From: a virus
Lineage: Duplodnaviria; Caudoviricetes
DNA: 61,712 nt
Strand: one strand, 5' to 3'
Virus record (IMG/VR): IMGVR_UViG_3300027917_000003
Location: 1 to 61,712 of that record
This document shows, one piece after another, positions 25,946 through 34,150 of this stretch; position 1 is the stretch's first letter, and every line of letters starts with the position of its first letter. Made by a program: the position numbers and the translations under genes. Under the pieces are notes generated by a model. That model worked only from the letters and a program-made list of their open reading frames with translations. It had not been told where the DNA came from and did not search any database.

Positions 25946-26040
25946 TGCGGAGGTTGAGACATTTTGTCTTCGAAGTCAACTAGGGGAAAAGACAAATTGT
26001 CCGTTGACATGGTTTCGCAAATCAGCCTACCCTGCAAACA
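25946..26040. promoter_or_regulatory. Divergent promoter/operator region
   Basis: TTGACA at 26004-26009 (+), TTGACT on (-); two GACA-N3-TGTC palindromes at 25958-25968 and 25991-26001. Confidence 0.65.
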
Positions 26041-26058
26041 GTTGAAATTGAGGTACAC

Positions 26059-26811
26059 ATGAAAAATCCATTCGAGGTCCACGACCTCCAGCACCTCTCC
26101 CCATCCGCCTGCAATCTCTTCGTCAACAGCCCGGCGATGTTCGTGCTTGAGAAATGCATGAAGAAGCGCAGCCCTGTCGGCGCCGCAGCCTATCGAGGCA
26201 CTGCCGTCGAGGCAGGGATCGTCGAGGGTCTTCTCAACGGCTCTGATGACGCCACCTGCGTGAAGCTGGCCGAGGCCGAGTTTGATAAGCTCACTGCGCT
26301 CTCGGGCGACAGCCGCCGCGAGAAAGAGGCGGCCGCCATTGGCGACATGGTCAAAATGGGCCTGTCCGAGCTGCGCGCCTATGGGAAGCCCACCTCGACG
26401 CAGGGCAAGATCGAATATCACATTGAGGGCCTGATGGTCCCGATGATCGGCTACTATGACTTGGAGTGGGCCAATCATGGCATCCTCACTGATATTAAAA
26501 CTACTCACGCACTCCCGTCGAAAATATCCACCAGCCACGCGAGGCAAGTTGCTCTCTATGTCGCTGCACGGGGCAACAATCTCGATGCGCGTCTCACCTA
26601 CGTCACCTCCAAAAAGGTGGCTACTTACCACTTGGAGAATGTGGAGCAGCATGTGCTGGCTCTGGAAAAGATTGCGCTGACGATCCAGCGTTTCCTGTCG
26701 ATCTCGAACGACCCCGCCGAACTGGCGGCCATCGTCGTGCCGGAGGTGGACAGCTTCTACTTTGCAGATCCGATGGCCCGTAAGGCAGCGTTTGACGTGT
26801 GGGGGCTGTGA
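26059..26811 (+). CDS. PD-(D/E)XK nuclease (phage exonuclease-like)
   Basis: HLSPS, GTAVE, GYYD..DIKT, QVALY. Confidence 0.8.
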   Translation: MKNPFEVHDLQHLSPSACNLFVNSPAMFVLEKCMKKRSPVGAAAYRGTAVEAGIVEGLLNGSDDATCVKLAEAEFDKLTALSGDSRREKEAAAIGDMVKMGLSELRAYGKPTSTQGKIEYHIEGLMVPMIGYYDLEWANHGILTDIKTTHALPSKISTSHARQVALYVAARGNNLDARLTYVTSKKVATYHLENVEQHVLALEKIALTIQRFLSISNDPAELAAIVVPEVDSFYFADPMARKAAFDVWGL

Positions 26812-27062
26812 TGGAAGATATTGAAATTCTGTGGAATGAAGACCTTCAATGCGGGCTTGAAGCGGTTCACTATCTCTTCAAAGAGAAGATAGTGTTTCTT
26901 GATCTGATGCCGCAAAACAGCACGGACATGAATGGGACAATTAAGTACTGCACAAAATTGTTCCCTGACGTTGCCCGCATTGATGTCAGGTCAAAGCTTC
27001 GCGAGCCCTACGTCTATTTCCTTGATGGAGGAGAATGGAAGGTGGGCCGTTACGCGGCATAA
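26811..27062 (+). CDS. Hypothetical protein (lower GC)
   Basis: Starts immediately at the upstream stop; AT-richer codons. Confidence 0.6.
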   Translation: MEDIEILWNEDLQCGLEAVHYLFKEKIVFLDLMPQNSTDMNGTIKYCTKLFPDVARIDVRSKLREPYVYFLDGGEWKVGRYAA

Positions 27063-27125
27063 AGTTTCGCCCATGTGGGCAAAGGCAAGGGGCCAGCCAT
27101 ATGGCCCCATCATGGAGTATGGAAA

Positions 27126-27800
27126 ATGGCACTTGGTTTCTCTTACGGCGGCACCGGCGGTGGCGCTGACTTCCTTCCCATCGTGAAGTTCGACGCCCGT
27201 GCGGGTCGTTTCTTCCGTGTGGACCGTGAGGATGGCGTATCTACGCCTCACGACATTACTCGTAACTTCAAGGCGGTCTTTGACTTCGAGAACCTCGAAG
27301 TGGGCTGGATCTCCTTCAACGCCGGGTCGGCGCCCGACTTCCAGATGGTCCCCTTCGGGTCGGCCTTCGGTGAGCGTCCCTCCGACGCCCACAAGCGCGG
27401 CATCCGCATGGCCGTCAAACTGTCTGGTGAGTGCGGCGGCGACTGTCGCGAGCTTGCAGGCACGTCTGCGGCCATGATGAAGGGCATCGACCTTCTGCAC
27501 GACGACTACATCGCTGGCGCCAGCGCCAACGCAGGCAAGCTGCCTGTCGTCGTCCTTGAGGACACGATCCCGATTGAGAGTGGTTCGGGGGCGAAGAAGT
27601 CCACGAACTATCAGCCTGTCTTCAAGATCGCTGGTTGGGTAAAGCGTCCCAGCGGCCTGAACGACAGCGCCCCGCAGGCTGACAAGTTCATTCAGCCTCA
27701 GATGTCGGCGCCCAAGGCCCCGCCGTCCACCGGATCGACCCGTGCCGCGCCTCCCAAGGCCAAGGCCGCAGTCGTCGATGACGATGAGGACTTCGGCTAA
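27126..27800 (+). CDS. Putative ssDNA-binding/recombination protein
   Basis: Follows the nuclease; Pro-rich linker and acidic aromatic tail DDDEDFG. Confidence 0.6.
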   Translation: MALGFSYGGTGGGADFLPIVKFDARAGRFFRVDREDGVSTPHDITRNFKAVFDFENLEVGWISFNAGSAPDFQMVPFGSAFGERPSDAHKRGIRMAVKLSGECGGDCRELAGTSAAMMKGIDLLHDDYIAGASANAGKLPVVVLEDTIPIESGSGAKKSTNYQPVFKIAGWVKRPSGLNDSAPQADKFIQPQMSAPKAPPSTGSTRAAPPKAKAAVVDDDEDFG

Positions 27801-27844
27801 TCAAACCGGGGCGGGCTTCGGCTCGCCCCATCACCAACTGGAGA

Positions 27845-28165
27845 GTGACATTGAAGTTTCTGCTCACGATGAACATGCCAGCCCACCGAGGTGGCCCCAT
27901 TCACCAAATCACCTGTGAGCATCCCGCAAAGAACCTCACCGAGTTCTGCGACGCCCTAGAAAAGAGCGAGTTCATCCTTGTCGAAGAGTTCTATCGAGAT
28001 ACCGAAGCGCCGGAAGGCTCAGACCCCTACTATTCGGTCGGTTTTACTGCGCTCAACTATCGTGTCATCGGCAAGATTAAAGAGCTGGGGACTGTCACGA
28101 CCGCCAAAAAGTCCATTAAATTTGGAGATAGATATGAACAGAACCTTCGAAAGGGTAACCTTTAA
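27845..28165 (+). CDS. Hypothetical protein
   Basis: GGAGAG RBS; start uncertain. Confidence 0.6.
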   Translation: MTLKFLLTMNMPAHRGGPIHQITCEHPAKNLTEFCDALEKSEFILVEEFYRDTEAPEGSDPYYSVGFTALNYRVIGKIKELGTVTTAKKSIKFGDRYEQNLRKGNL

Positions 28166-29123
28166 CGGTGAAGCCCACACCGCAGGGTACAAGGTAACGT
28201 GCTGCCGCTGCCAGAGTGTAGATAACATCGGCGCCGGTTCTCACTCCGGCAACTTACCGCCCGAGGTGATCAGTAAAAAGTTCACGCAGCGCGGGTGGCG
28301 CCTCGGCAAGCGTTTGAATTTGGACGTCTGCCCCCAGTGCATCACCAAAGAAAAAATCTCTCGCAAGTCGATCAAGCTCGGCGACTTGTCGAAGAATGAC
28401 GTGCAGGTGCTCGGCCTTGGGGCGGCGCCACCCCATCCCGTCGAAGAGAAGACCCTGACGATCATTGAGGCCATCAGGTTCGGATGGGCGAGCAAGCCCA
28501 CAATCTACCGTTACATCGCAGACGGCAGGCTTCCCTGCATAAAGGAGGACGGAAAAATGCTCCGCGTGAAAGAAAGTGACTTAGAGAGCGCCTTTAAAGA
28601 CATGCGCAGATCTGCTCCCCGGCCAGTCATTCACTTGAAGACCAAGCAGTCAGTGAATGAACCGGCACCGCCAGTTAATGACCCCAAGCCCCTATTGAAT
28701 GAAGGAGACGCCCCAGTGGCCACCATACCCATAGCCCCCATGACAAAGGAAGACCGGCGCATCATCTTCAGCGAGATTGACAGCCACTACCTCGACGAGC
28801 TGCGCGGCTATGCCAAGGACTGGGACGACCTGAAAGTGGCCACCGGGCTGAAGGTCCCCGTTGAGTGGGTCCGCGTCATCCGAGAAGATAATTTTGGCGC
28901 TGAGAAGGGAGACCAAATTGGCATTGAAATTGAGAAGCTCAAAGCGTCCAGCGCCGAGGCCGAGAAGCTGATCCAGACCATGCGCACTCTGTGGGAGGCG
29001 ATGGATAAGACTCTTGAAGAGTTTGAGGCCAAGCAGGCCGCCCTTTCCGAAGAGGCCACCAAAGTCCACGCCGCCATCGCGGACGCGAGGGGCAAGATCG
29101 ACGCCTACACCAACGGCAAATGA
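28134..29123 (+). CDS. Zn-ribbon + excisionase/MerR-like HTH + coiled-coil protein
   Basis: CCRC...CPQC; LTIIEA....SKPTIYRYIADGRLP. Confidence 0.65.
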   Translation: MNRTFERVTFNGEAHTAGYKVTCCRCQSVDNIGAGSHSGNLPPEVISKKFTQRGWRLGKRLNLDVCPQCITKEKISRKSIKLGDLSKNDVQVLGLGAAPPHPVEEKTLTIIEAIRFGWASKPTIYRYIADGRLPCIKEDGKMLRVKESDLESAFKDMRRSAPRPVIHLKTKQSVNEPAPPVNDPKPLLNEGDAPVATIPIAPMTKEDRRIIFSEIDSHYLDELRGYAKDWDDLKVATGLKVPVEWVRVIREDNFGAEKGDQIGIEIEKLKASSAEAEKLIQTMRTLWEAMDKTLEEFEAKQAALSEEATKVHAAIADARGKIDAYTNGK

Positions 29124-29134
29124 GGAGTGCAGAA

Positions 29135-29467
29135 ATGAACCACACTGATATTTTGACCCAGTCCGTTCTCACGCTCCGCGACCGTGACGCCCAGTATGGC
29201 AGCATGCAGGACACCATGATCCGTGCATGTGAGATCTTCGAGATGATCACTGGCAAGGAGCTGTCACCCTATCACGCCAACATCTTCATGCATGCTCTGA
29301 AGCTGGCGCGTGTCAGGACATCTCCCGGCAAGCTCGACAACTACATTGACGGCATCAACTATCTGGCCTTCGCTGGCGAGTTTGCCGTGCCCACGGGCAG
29401 CGCCGAAGAGATCGTCAACGCCGGGATGCGTGACCTCGTCGATCAGCTCAACACGCAGGAGGGCTAG
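29135..29467 (+). CDS. DUF6378-like protein
   Basis: RDAQYG...LKLAR...DNYIDGINYLA. Confidence 0.75.
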   Translation: MNHTDILTQSVLTLRDRDAQYGSMQDTMIRACEIFEMITGKELSPYHANIFMHALKLARVRTSPGKLDNYIDGINYLAFAGEFAVPTGSAEEIVNAGMRDLVDQLNTQEG

Positions 29468-29746
29468 ATGGAGATGGAGTTAAACGACAAGCATCTGACG
29501 ATGCTGCTCGCGGCGATTGGTCAGAAGCTCTCCAATTCTGAAGAGGAGGCATATGGGCCGAGCCTCGCCTGTGTCGCCAGCTTCGCCACGAAGCTCATCA
29601 CGACTGTCGTCGTCGGCCATGCTGACAGTCGCGAGGAGGCCCTTGAGGGCGTCCGCAGCGCCCTCGCAGACTGCGAGATAATGGTCAACAAGGCCTATGA
29701 CGTTATCGAACCGTTGTTGGCTATGAGAGATGGAAAGGCTCACTAA
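29468..29746 (+). CDS. Hypothetical protein
   Basis: In operon. Confidence 0.6.
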   Translation: MEMELNDKHLTMLLAAIGQKLSNSEEEAYGPSLACVASFATKLITTVVVGHADSREEALEGVRSALADCEIMVNKAYDVIEPLLAMRDGKAH

Positions 29747-30015
29747 TGTCTTACGCAAAAGGCGATCTCACCTGTGACGAGAAGCTCAGGGCGGCCTATG
29801 CCTACCTGATCAACGGCATCCCGCAGCACCACATTGCCGCCCTCTACGGCGTCAATCAGGGCCGCATTAGTGAGGCCGTGGCGCTCGTGGCCAAGGCATG
29901 CGGGTTCCCCATCAAGGGAGGCGCCGTGCAGGACGTGTCGGACGAGTTCGGCATGCCGTACACCCCGGCGGACGCCAGCTTCCTCAAGAATAGGACCACC
30001 CCGGAAAACAGGTAG
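29746..30015 (+). CDS. Small HTH protein
   Basis: GIPQHHIAALYGVNQGRISE. Confidence 0.65.
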   Translation: MSYAKGDLTCDEKLRAAYAYLINGIPQHHIAALYGVNQGRISEAVALVAKACGFPIKGGAVQDVSDEFGMPYTPADASFLKNRTTPENR

Positions 30016-30112
30016 TCCCAAATTGGTACAGCGTATGCGTGTCTGCGTTAATGAAATGGCGACTTCTCTGCCCTAGAGTGGGGAAGTCGCCGCCATTGAT
30101 ATGGAGATTGAC

Positions 30113-30358
30113 ATGGCCCGCATACAGGACAAGTTGAGGAAGACCAACCTCTTCATCGACCCCGCCTACCCCGTCAGCAAGAGTGTGCTGATCAACCCGG
30201 ACGGCCCCGCCGCCGCCGACTACATCGACAACCTCGTCCAGAAACTGAGCCATATCGCCCACCTCGCGATCAACAACATTGACGACGAGGCCGTGAAGGC
30301 CGACATCTGGAAGTCTTATTATGAAGCAGTGGGAGTTAAATATGACATTGAATGCTGA
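30113..30358 (+). CDS. Hypothetical protein
   Basis: ATGGAGATTGACATG leader. Confidence 0.65.
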   Translation: MARIQDKLRKTNLFIDPAYPVSKSVLINPDGPAAADYIDNLVQKLSHIAHLAINNIDDEAVKADIWKSYYEAVGVKYDIEC

Positions 30359-30426
30359 GTTTCAGATCGTTGGAGCCCTGATGCTCCTTGTGGCCGTCAA
30401 CATCATCATCGCGTGGGGGATGTAAC

Positions 30427-30675
30427 ATGAGAAAGCCGGAACGCTTTGCAGGCGAGGACTACCAAGGCGAGCGCCGCAAGGGCACACGCTTTGGAACCCT
30501 GTGGGCCAACTATGAGACAGGCGAAGCCGACGTGACGCTGACGCTTGAGTTCTGCGACGAGGACTGGCTGATGCGGGCCGATCTCTTGCAGGATGTCATT
30601 GGCCTGCTCAATCGCGAGTATGAAAAAGCCCTCAATGATATTGAGAGGGCTTTCCCGGTCAAAAAAAATGACTGA
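30427..30675 (+). CDS. Hypothetical protein (start MRKPER)
   Basis: In operon. Confidence 0.6.
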   Translation: MRKPERFAGEDYQGERRKGTRFGTLWANYETGEADVTLTLEFCDEDWLMRADLLQDVIGLLNREYEKALNDIERAFPVKKND

Positions 30676-31048
30676 CCTCGTTCAACAATTACGCGACCGG
30701 ATTGCGGAGCTGGAGGAAGAGATCCGCCAGATCCGCAACGACATGTTGCAGGACAGCAATGCCTTCACCCGCATCCTGTCGAAGCAGCAATCGGCATTGC
30801 TGGCGGCGATCTGTAAGAGGCCGACCGCCAACTATGCCTATCTCGACAACGTCACCGAGCATTTCGGTCTCTACAATCGATATGAGGGCGAGATGCACAT
30901 TACGCTCAGGACGCGGGTCGCTGTGTGGAAGCTTCGCAAGAAGCTGAAGCAGTACGGCATTGAGGTCCAGATCCTGCGCGGCACCGGCTACTACATTGAT
31001 GATGAGAACAGAGAGAAATTAAAGAAGCTGATGGAGGTGAAGGAATGA
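30668..31048 (+). CDS. Coiled coil + OmpR/CtrA-type winged-helix DNA-binding domain, no receiver domain
   Basis: LSKQQSALL...VAVWKLRKKL...I....RGTGYYI. Confidence 0.75.
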   Translation: MTDLVQQLRDRIAELEEEIRQIRNDMLQDSNAFTRILSKQQSALLAAICKRPTANYAYLDNVTEHFGLYNRYEGEMHITLRTRVAVWKLRKKLKQYGIEVQILRGTGYYIDDENREKLKKLMEVKE

Positions 31049-31149
31049 TCGCAATCATTGAGATCCTGCTCGTGGTATTGGCCTGCATGATACTGGCAGG
31101 CATCATCCTCTTCGTCGCTCGTATGATCGGAACCTTGTGGGGGAAGTGA
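31045..31149 (+). CDS. Small membrane peptide (34 aa)
   Basis: MIAIIEILLVVLACMILAGIILFVAR; GGAGG RBS. Confidence 0.5.
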   Translation: MIAIIEILLVVLACMILAGIILFVARMIGTLWGK

Positions 31150-31150
31150 G

Positions 31151-31435
31151 ATGACTGAATGGCAACCAATCGAAACCGCGCCAAAGGATGGAACACATTT
31201 TCTGTCAACATCCAGATATTTGGGTGGTGAAATTTTTATCTGCACTTGGAGCGACAGAACATTGGTTCACAGTGATGGAAAAGAGCATCACAGTGGTTGG
31301 TGGGTGGTTGGTATTCCTAAACGGTATTATGCTGGTTGGGGGCCATTTTATTCTCCAATCAAGCAAGATGACCTGATGCCTACCCACTGGATGCCTTTGC
31401 CTGCGCCGCCTAAAAGGGGGAAGAAAAATGGCTGA
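31151..31435 (+). CDS. DUF551-like protein
   Basis: WQPIETAPKDGT...PTHWMPLP. Confidence 0.75.
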   Translation: MTEWQPIETAPKDGTHFLSTSRYLGGEIFICTWSDRTLVHSDGKEHHSGWWVVGIPKRYYAGWGPFYSPIKQDDLMPTHWMPLPAPPKRGKKNG

Positions 31436-31712
31436 TCTCATCATGCCGCGCCGCAAGTTCCTCACGGGTCTCATGGGCCTTGTGGCGGCGCCTGCGGTCG
31501 TGAAGGCCGTCAACATCATGCCGGTGAAGTCCTTTGTTGAGCCGCAGCTCTATACGTTCCCGAATAGGGTGTGGGTGGCGCCTAGCAGCGGCGTCAACCT
31601 TGCCCAGATCCGCGAGCTGCTCATGCCCGGCCTTCGAAAGATGGTGGATGACATGTACACAGAGCATCCCGGCCAATGGAAGTCGATATTTTCGGGAGAG
31701 ACAGATGGTTAA
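31428..31712 (+). CDS. Tat-like signal fused to a capsid-N-terminus-like peptide
   Basis: RRKFL...AAPAVVKA; VNLAQIRELLMPGLR. Confidence 0.75.
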   Translation: MADLIMPRRKFLTGLMGLVAAPAVVKAVNIMPVKSFVEPQLYTFPNRVWVAPSSGVNLAQIRELLMPGLRKMVDDMYTEHPGQWKSIFSGETDG

Positions 31713-31893
31713 AAAACGCGAGCCTTTCATCGTCCACTGCGGCGAATGCAAACACGAATGGACGGCGCTCTATTCACCCATGCTGCTTGATAAGGTCGTC
31801 ACGATCACGATGTCGCTGCACTGCCCCACATGCGCCGCAGGCCCCATGCAGATCTTCTGCGGCCCCGCGCCGAAGGAGAAGGCCGATGGCTGA
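31705..31893 (+). CDS. Zn-ribbon protein
   Basis: CGEC...CPTC. Confidence 0.6.
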   Translation: MVKKREPFIVHCGECKHEWTALYSPMLLDKVVTITMSLHCPTCAAGPMQIFCGPAPKEKADG

Positions 31894-32185
31894 CCTTCAA
31901 GAAAAGTCCATTGAGCTGTGGCGTGAAGAGGCTTGGAAGCTTCACGCCGAGCTTCGAAAGATGGAAGACAAGGTCGCGGGTCTGATACGCCTTGCAGCGC
32001 AGCATATGGACGAGGAGAACAAGGCCCTCGCGCGCGTCGTGATGCTGGAGCAGGCCCTTGATGACGCCCTCGGGGAGTGGGAATACAACGCCACGACCTA
32101 CAAGAGTGATCCGCTTATCAAAAAACACGCGGATCTCGAACAGATCGCCCACTATCGCAAGTTGCTCAACGACAGGCTAAAGTAG
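31886..32185 (+). CDS. Hypothetical coiled-coil protein (start MADLQE)
   Basis: AAGGAG RBS. Confidence 0.6.
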   Translation: MADLQEKSIELWREEAWKLHAELRKMEDKVAGLIRLAAQHMDEENKALARVVMLEQALDDALGEWEYNATTYKSDPLIKKHADLEQIAHYRKLLNDRLK

Positions 32186-32244
32186 GCGTCCCGAAACCGC
32201 ATGGCCGATGGAGAGAATGGTCCTGCCCGCAACAGGAGTTGAGT

Positions 32245-32814
32245 ATGAACAAGATCGCGCTGGCCCTTGTGGCCTTCACCTTGGCGCTGCCCGCCGCCGC
32301 AGACGAAATGACTGCGGCAGAGTTCTTCGCCAGAGATAAGGCAAACAAATGGACCGGCGAGCTGGTCGCCCCGAGAAACCCCTATGGGAAGCTGGTGAAG
32401 CCGTCCAAGATGACGGCGGATAAGCAGAAGGTGATCGACGCCATTGCGCTTCACGTCACCGCCCAGATCGGCTCAAAGTGGGTGGACACGGCCATGCGGA
32501 TCGCGAAGCTGGAGAGCGGCTTTAGTTGCCGTGCGAAGGGTCCAAAGACCCGCCACGGCCACGCCAAGGGCGTCTTCCAGCTCATCGACAGTTCAGCGCG
32601 AACTTTAGGCTTTGACCCGGCGCAGATGTACGACTGCGATCAGAACATCCTCGCGGGGATTGCGCACATGAAGGCCTGCATTGATCTGGGCCATGTGAGC
32701 GAACCTCGCGAGATGGCGGCCTGTCATGTGGCGGGCTGGGCTAAATGGAATGTGAGGCTGGCTCGGCGCCCAGAGCTGTACAAGAGACGGTACGTTGCCC
32801 TCGCAATGAAATGA
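32245..32814 (+). CDS. Secreted lytic transglycosylase (SLT-like)
   Basis: Sec signal peptide; IAKLESGF, AKGVFQL, D.DQNI.AG. Confidence 0.8.
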   Translation: MNKIALALVAFTLALPAAADEMTAAEFFARDKANKWTGELVAPRNPYGKLVKPSKMTADKQKVIDAIALHVTAQIGSKWVDTAMRIAKLESGFSCRAKGPKTRHGHAKGVFQLIDSSARTLGFDPAQMYDCDQNILAGIAHMKACIDLGHVSEPREMAACHVAGWAKWNVRLARRPELYKRRYVALAMK

Positions 32815-32830
32815 TCAAATGGAGAATAAA

Positions 32831-33334
32831 ATGAGGACGCTTGAGGAACTCCACGCACATTACAAGGCCGTTCGCGCCAGATTAGATAACCCCGTTAAGA
32901 AGGAACCCGCAGTCCGCCTCATTTACCCGGAACCAGAACCGGCGCCGTACCCAGACCCCCTCGACGTTGTGGAAGTTGTTGAAGCCCTGCCGGAGGAGCC
33001 CATTGCCGCCCCTCCGGTGGCCACTGAGACCCCTGCAAGAAAGATCCTGTCAGAGGTAGCCGAGAAGCATGGAATGCCTCCCACGGTCTTCCGCAGCAAG
33101 AGCAGGGACGCAACCTATGTGCTGTGCCGTCAGGAGGCGGCTTATCGGCTCAAGACCGAGCTGTCTTTTTCCCTGAGCCAGATTGGCCGCCTGATGGGCC
33201 ACCGGGACCACACGACCGTCCTCCACGCCATCCGTCGATACGAAAAAAATCTCGCCCTCGGCTTGGGGCCTTGGGCGAGCAAGTGCGTCTCGAACGCCTG
33301 TGTCACTCAGGTGGAACCCACAGGCGCGACATGA
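32831..33334 (+). CDS. DnaA C-terminal (domain IV) DNA-binding protein
   Basis: ILSEVA..HG.....RSKSR....CRQEAAY....LSFSLSQIGRLMGHRDHTTVLHA; no AAA+ domain. Confidence 0.9.
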   Translation: MRTLEELHAHYKAVRARLDNPVKKEPAVRLIYPEPEPAPYPDPLDVVEVVEALPEEPIAAPPVATETPARKILSEVAEKHGMPPTVFRSKSRDATYVLCRQEAAYRLKTELSFSLSQIGRLMGHRDHTTVLHAIRRYEKNLALGLGPWASKCVSNACVTQVEPTGAT

Positions 33335-33561
33335 TCATGGATGATCTCAGCTCATCATGCAAGGAGGCCCTTCCCCAGTCGGGGGAGGGTCAACCCATAT
33401 TAGGGGTGACGATATTGGAGCTTCGGCTCTTTTCGTGCCGCTACATAATTGGCTCCGACGAAAACGTCGGGGCCATTTTTTGTGGGAGCCAGACGGCCAA
33501 GGGCTCCTACTGCCAGACCCACTACAGCCTGTGCTACATCAAGACCAAGCCGCTCACTTGA
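33331..33561 (+). CDS. GcrA C-terminal-domain-like protein
   Basis: TILEL...CRYIIG......FCG.....SYC..H...Y. Confidence 0.8.
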   Translation: MIMDDLSSSCKEALPQSGEGQPILGVTILELRLFSCRYIIGSDENVGAIFCGSQTAKGSYCQTHYSLCYIKTKPLT

Positions 33562-34150
33562 TATTCATAAAGCTGCTCAGGCAATAGCGCCCGAGGCCCT
33601 TCCACGGCTCGACGCCGTCCTTCATTTTGACTTGCGTGACGCCGTGGCGCAGGCAGGACGGGAAGATGATCAACATATTGTTCTCGACCAAAATTGTTTC
33701 GTCGAGGTCCGAGAAGACCAGATCGCCGCCCTCGAAATTCCGTGGCTCTTTGAAATGCCAAGAGAGCGCGGTGACCGTCGCTGTATCCGAGTGCGGTTTG
33801 TAGTGATCCGTGGCCTCGTAATAGCTCAACAAGGTCGTGTCTGCGTTCACCGCATTGATGCACTTGGTGAGCGGGTGCAGATCCGCAAAAGCCTTGAACA
33901 CGGGCGCCGAGAAAATTTTCCGGTTGACCTTCAGGATGTTTGACATCGAACGGTCGGCATAGATGTTGTCGAGGAAGACGCCCCTGTTCTTCTTCATCAT
34001 CGGATTGAGCTGGCCGGTGGCCTGCGGTGGCTGGAGCTTGTGCTTGTGCGTCAAGAACTCCAGCTCTTGCCAGATCAGGGCCTGTTCCTCATCGGTGTAG
34101 AAGTTTCGCACGAGTAGGTAGTAGGGGTGCGGCGTTTTAAGGATCTCCAT
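33554..34150 (-). CDS. 2OG-Fe(II) oxygenase
   Basis: Y..HSD, FEGGDL, IFPS..RH.V, R. Confidence 0.85.
   Translation of the reverse strand: MEILKTPHPYYLLVRNFYTDEEQALIWQELEFLTHKHKLQPPQATGQLNPMMKKNRGVFLDNIYADRSMSNILKVNRKIFSAPVFKAFADLHPLTKCINAVNADTTLLSYYEATDHYKPHSDTATVTALSWHFKEPRNFEGGDLVFSDLDETILVENNMLIIFPSCLRHGVTQVKMKDGVEPWKGLGRYCLSSFMNIK

Noticed and set aside
25606-26652. 348-aa minus-strand ORF
   Set aside because: Mostly antisense to the nuclease gene; only the last 67 codons look coding
26059-26811. Cas4/CRISPR-associated role
   Set aside because: No Fe-S cysteine cluster; context is recombination and replication
27063-27120. tRNA or known riboswitch in intergenic hairpins (also 30058-30091)
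   Set aside because: Simple hairpins with no cloverleaf, T-loop or recognisable aptamer
28134-29123. Integration/excision module
   Set aside because: The excisionase-like HTH is one domain of a larger protein, and no integrase or att site was recognised
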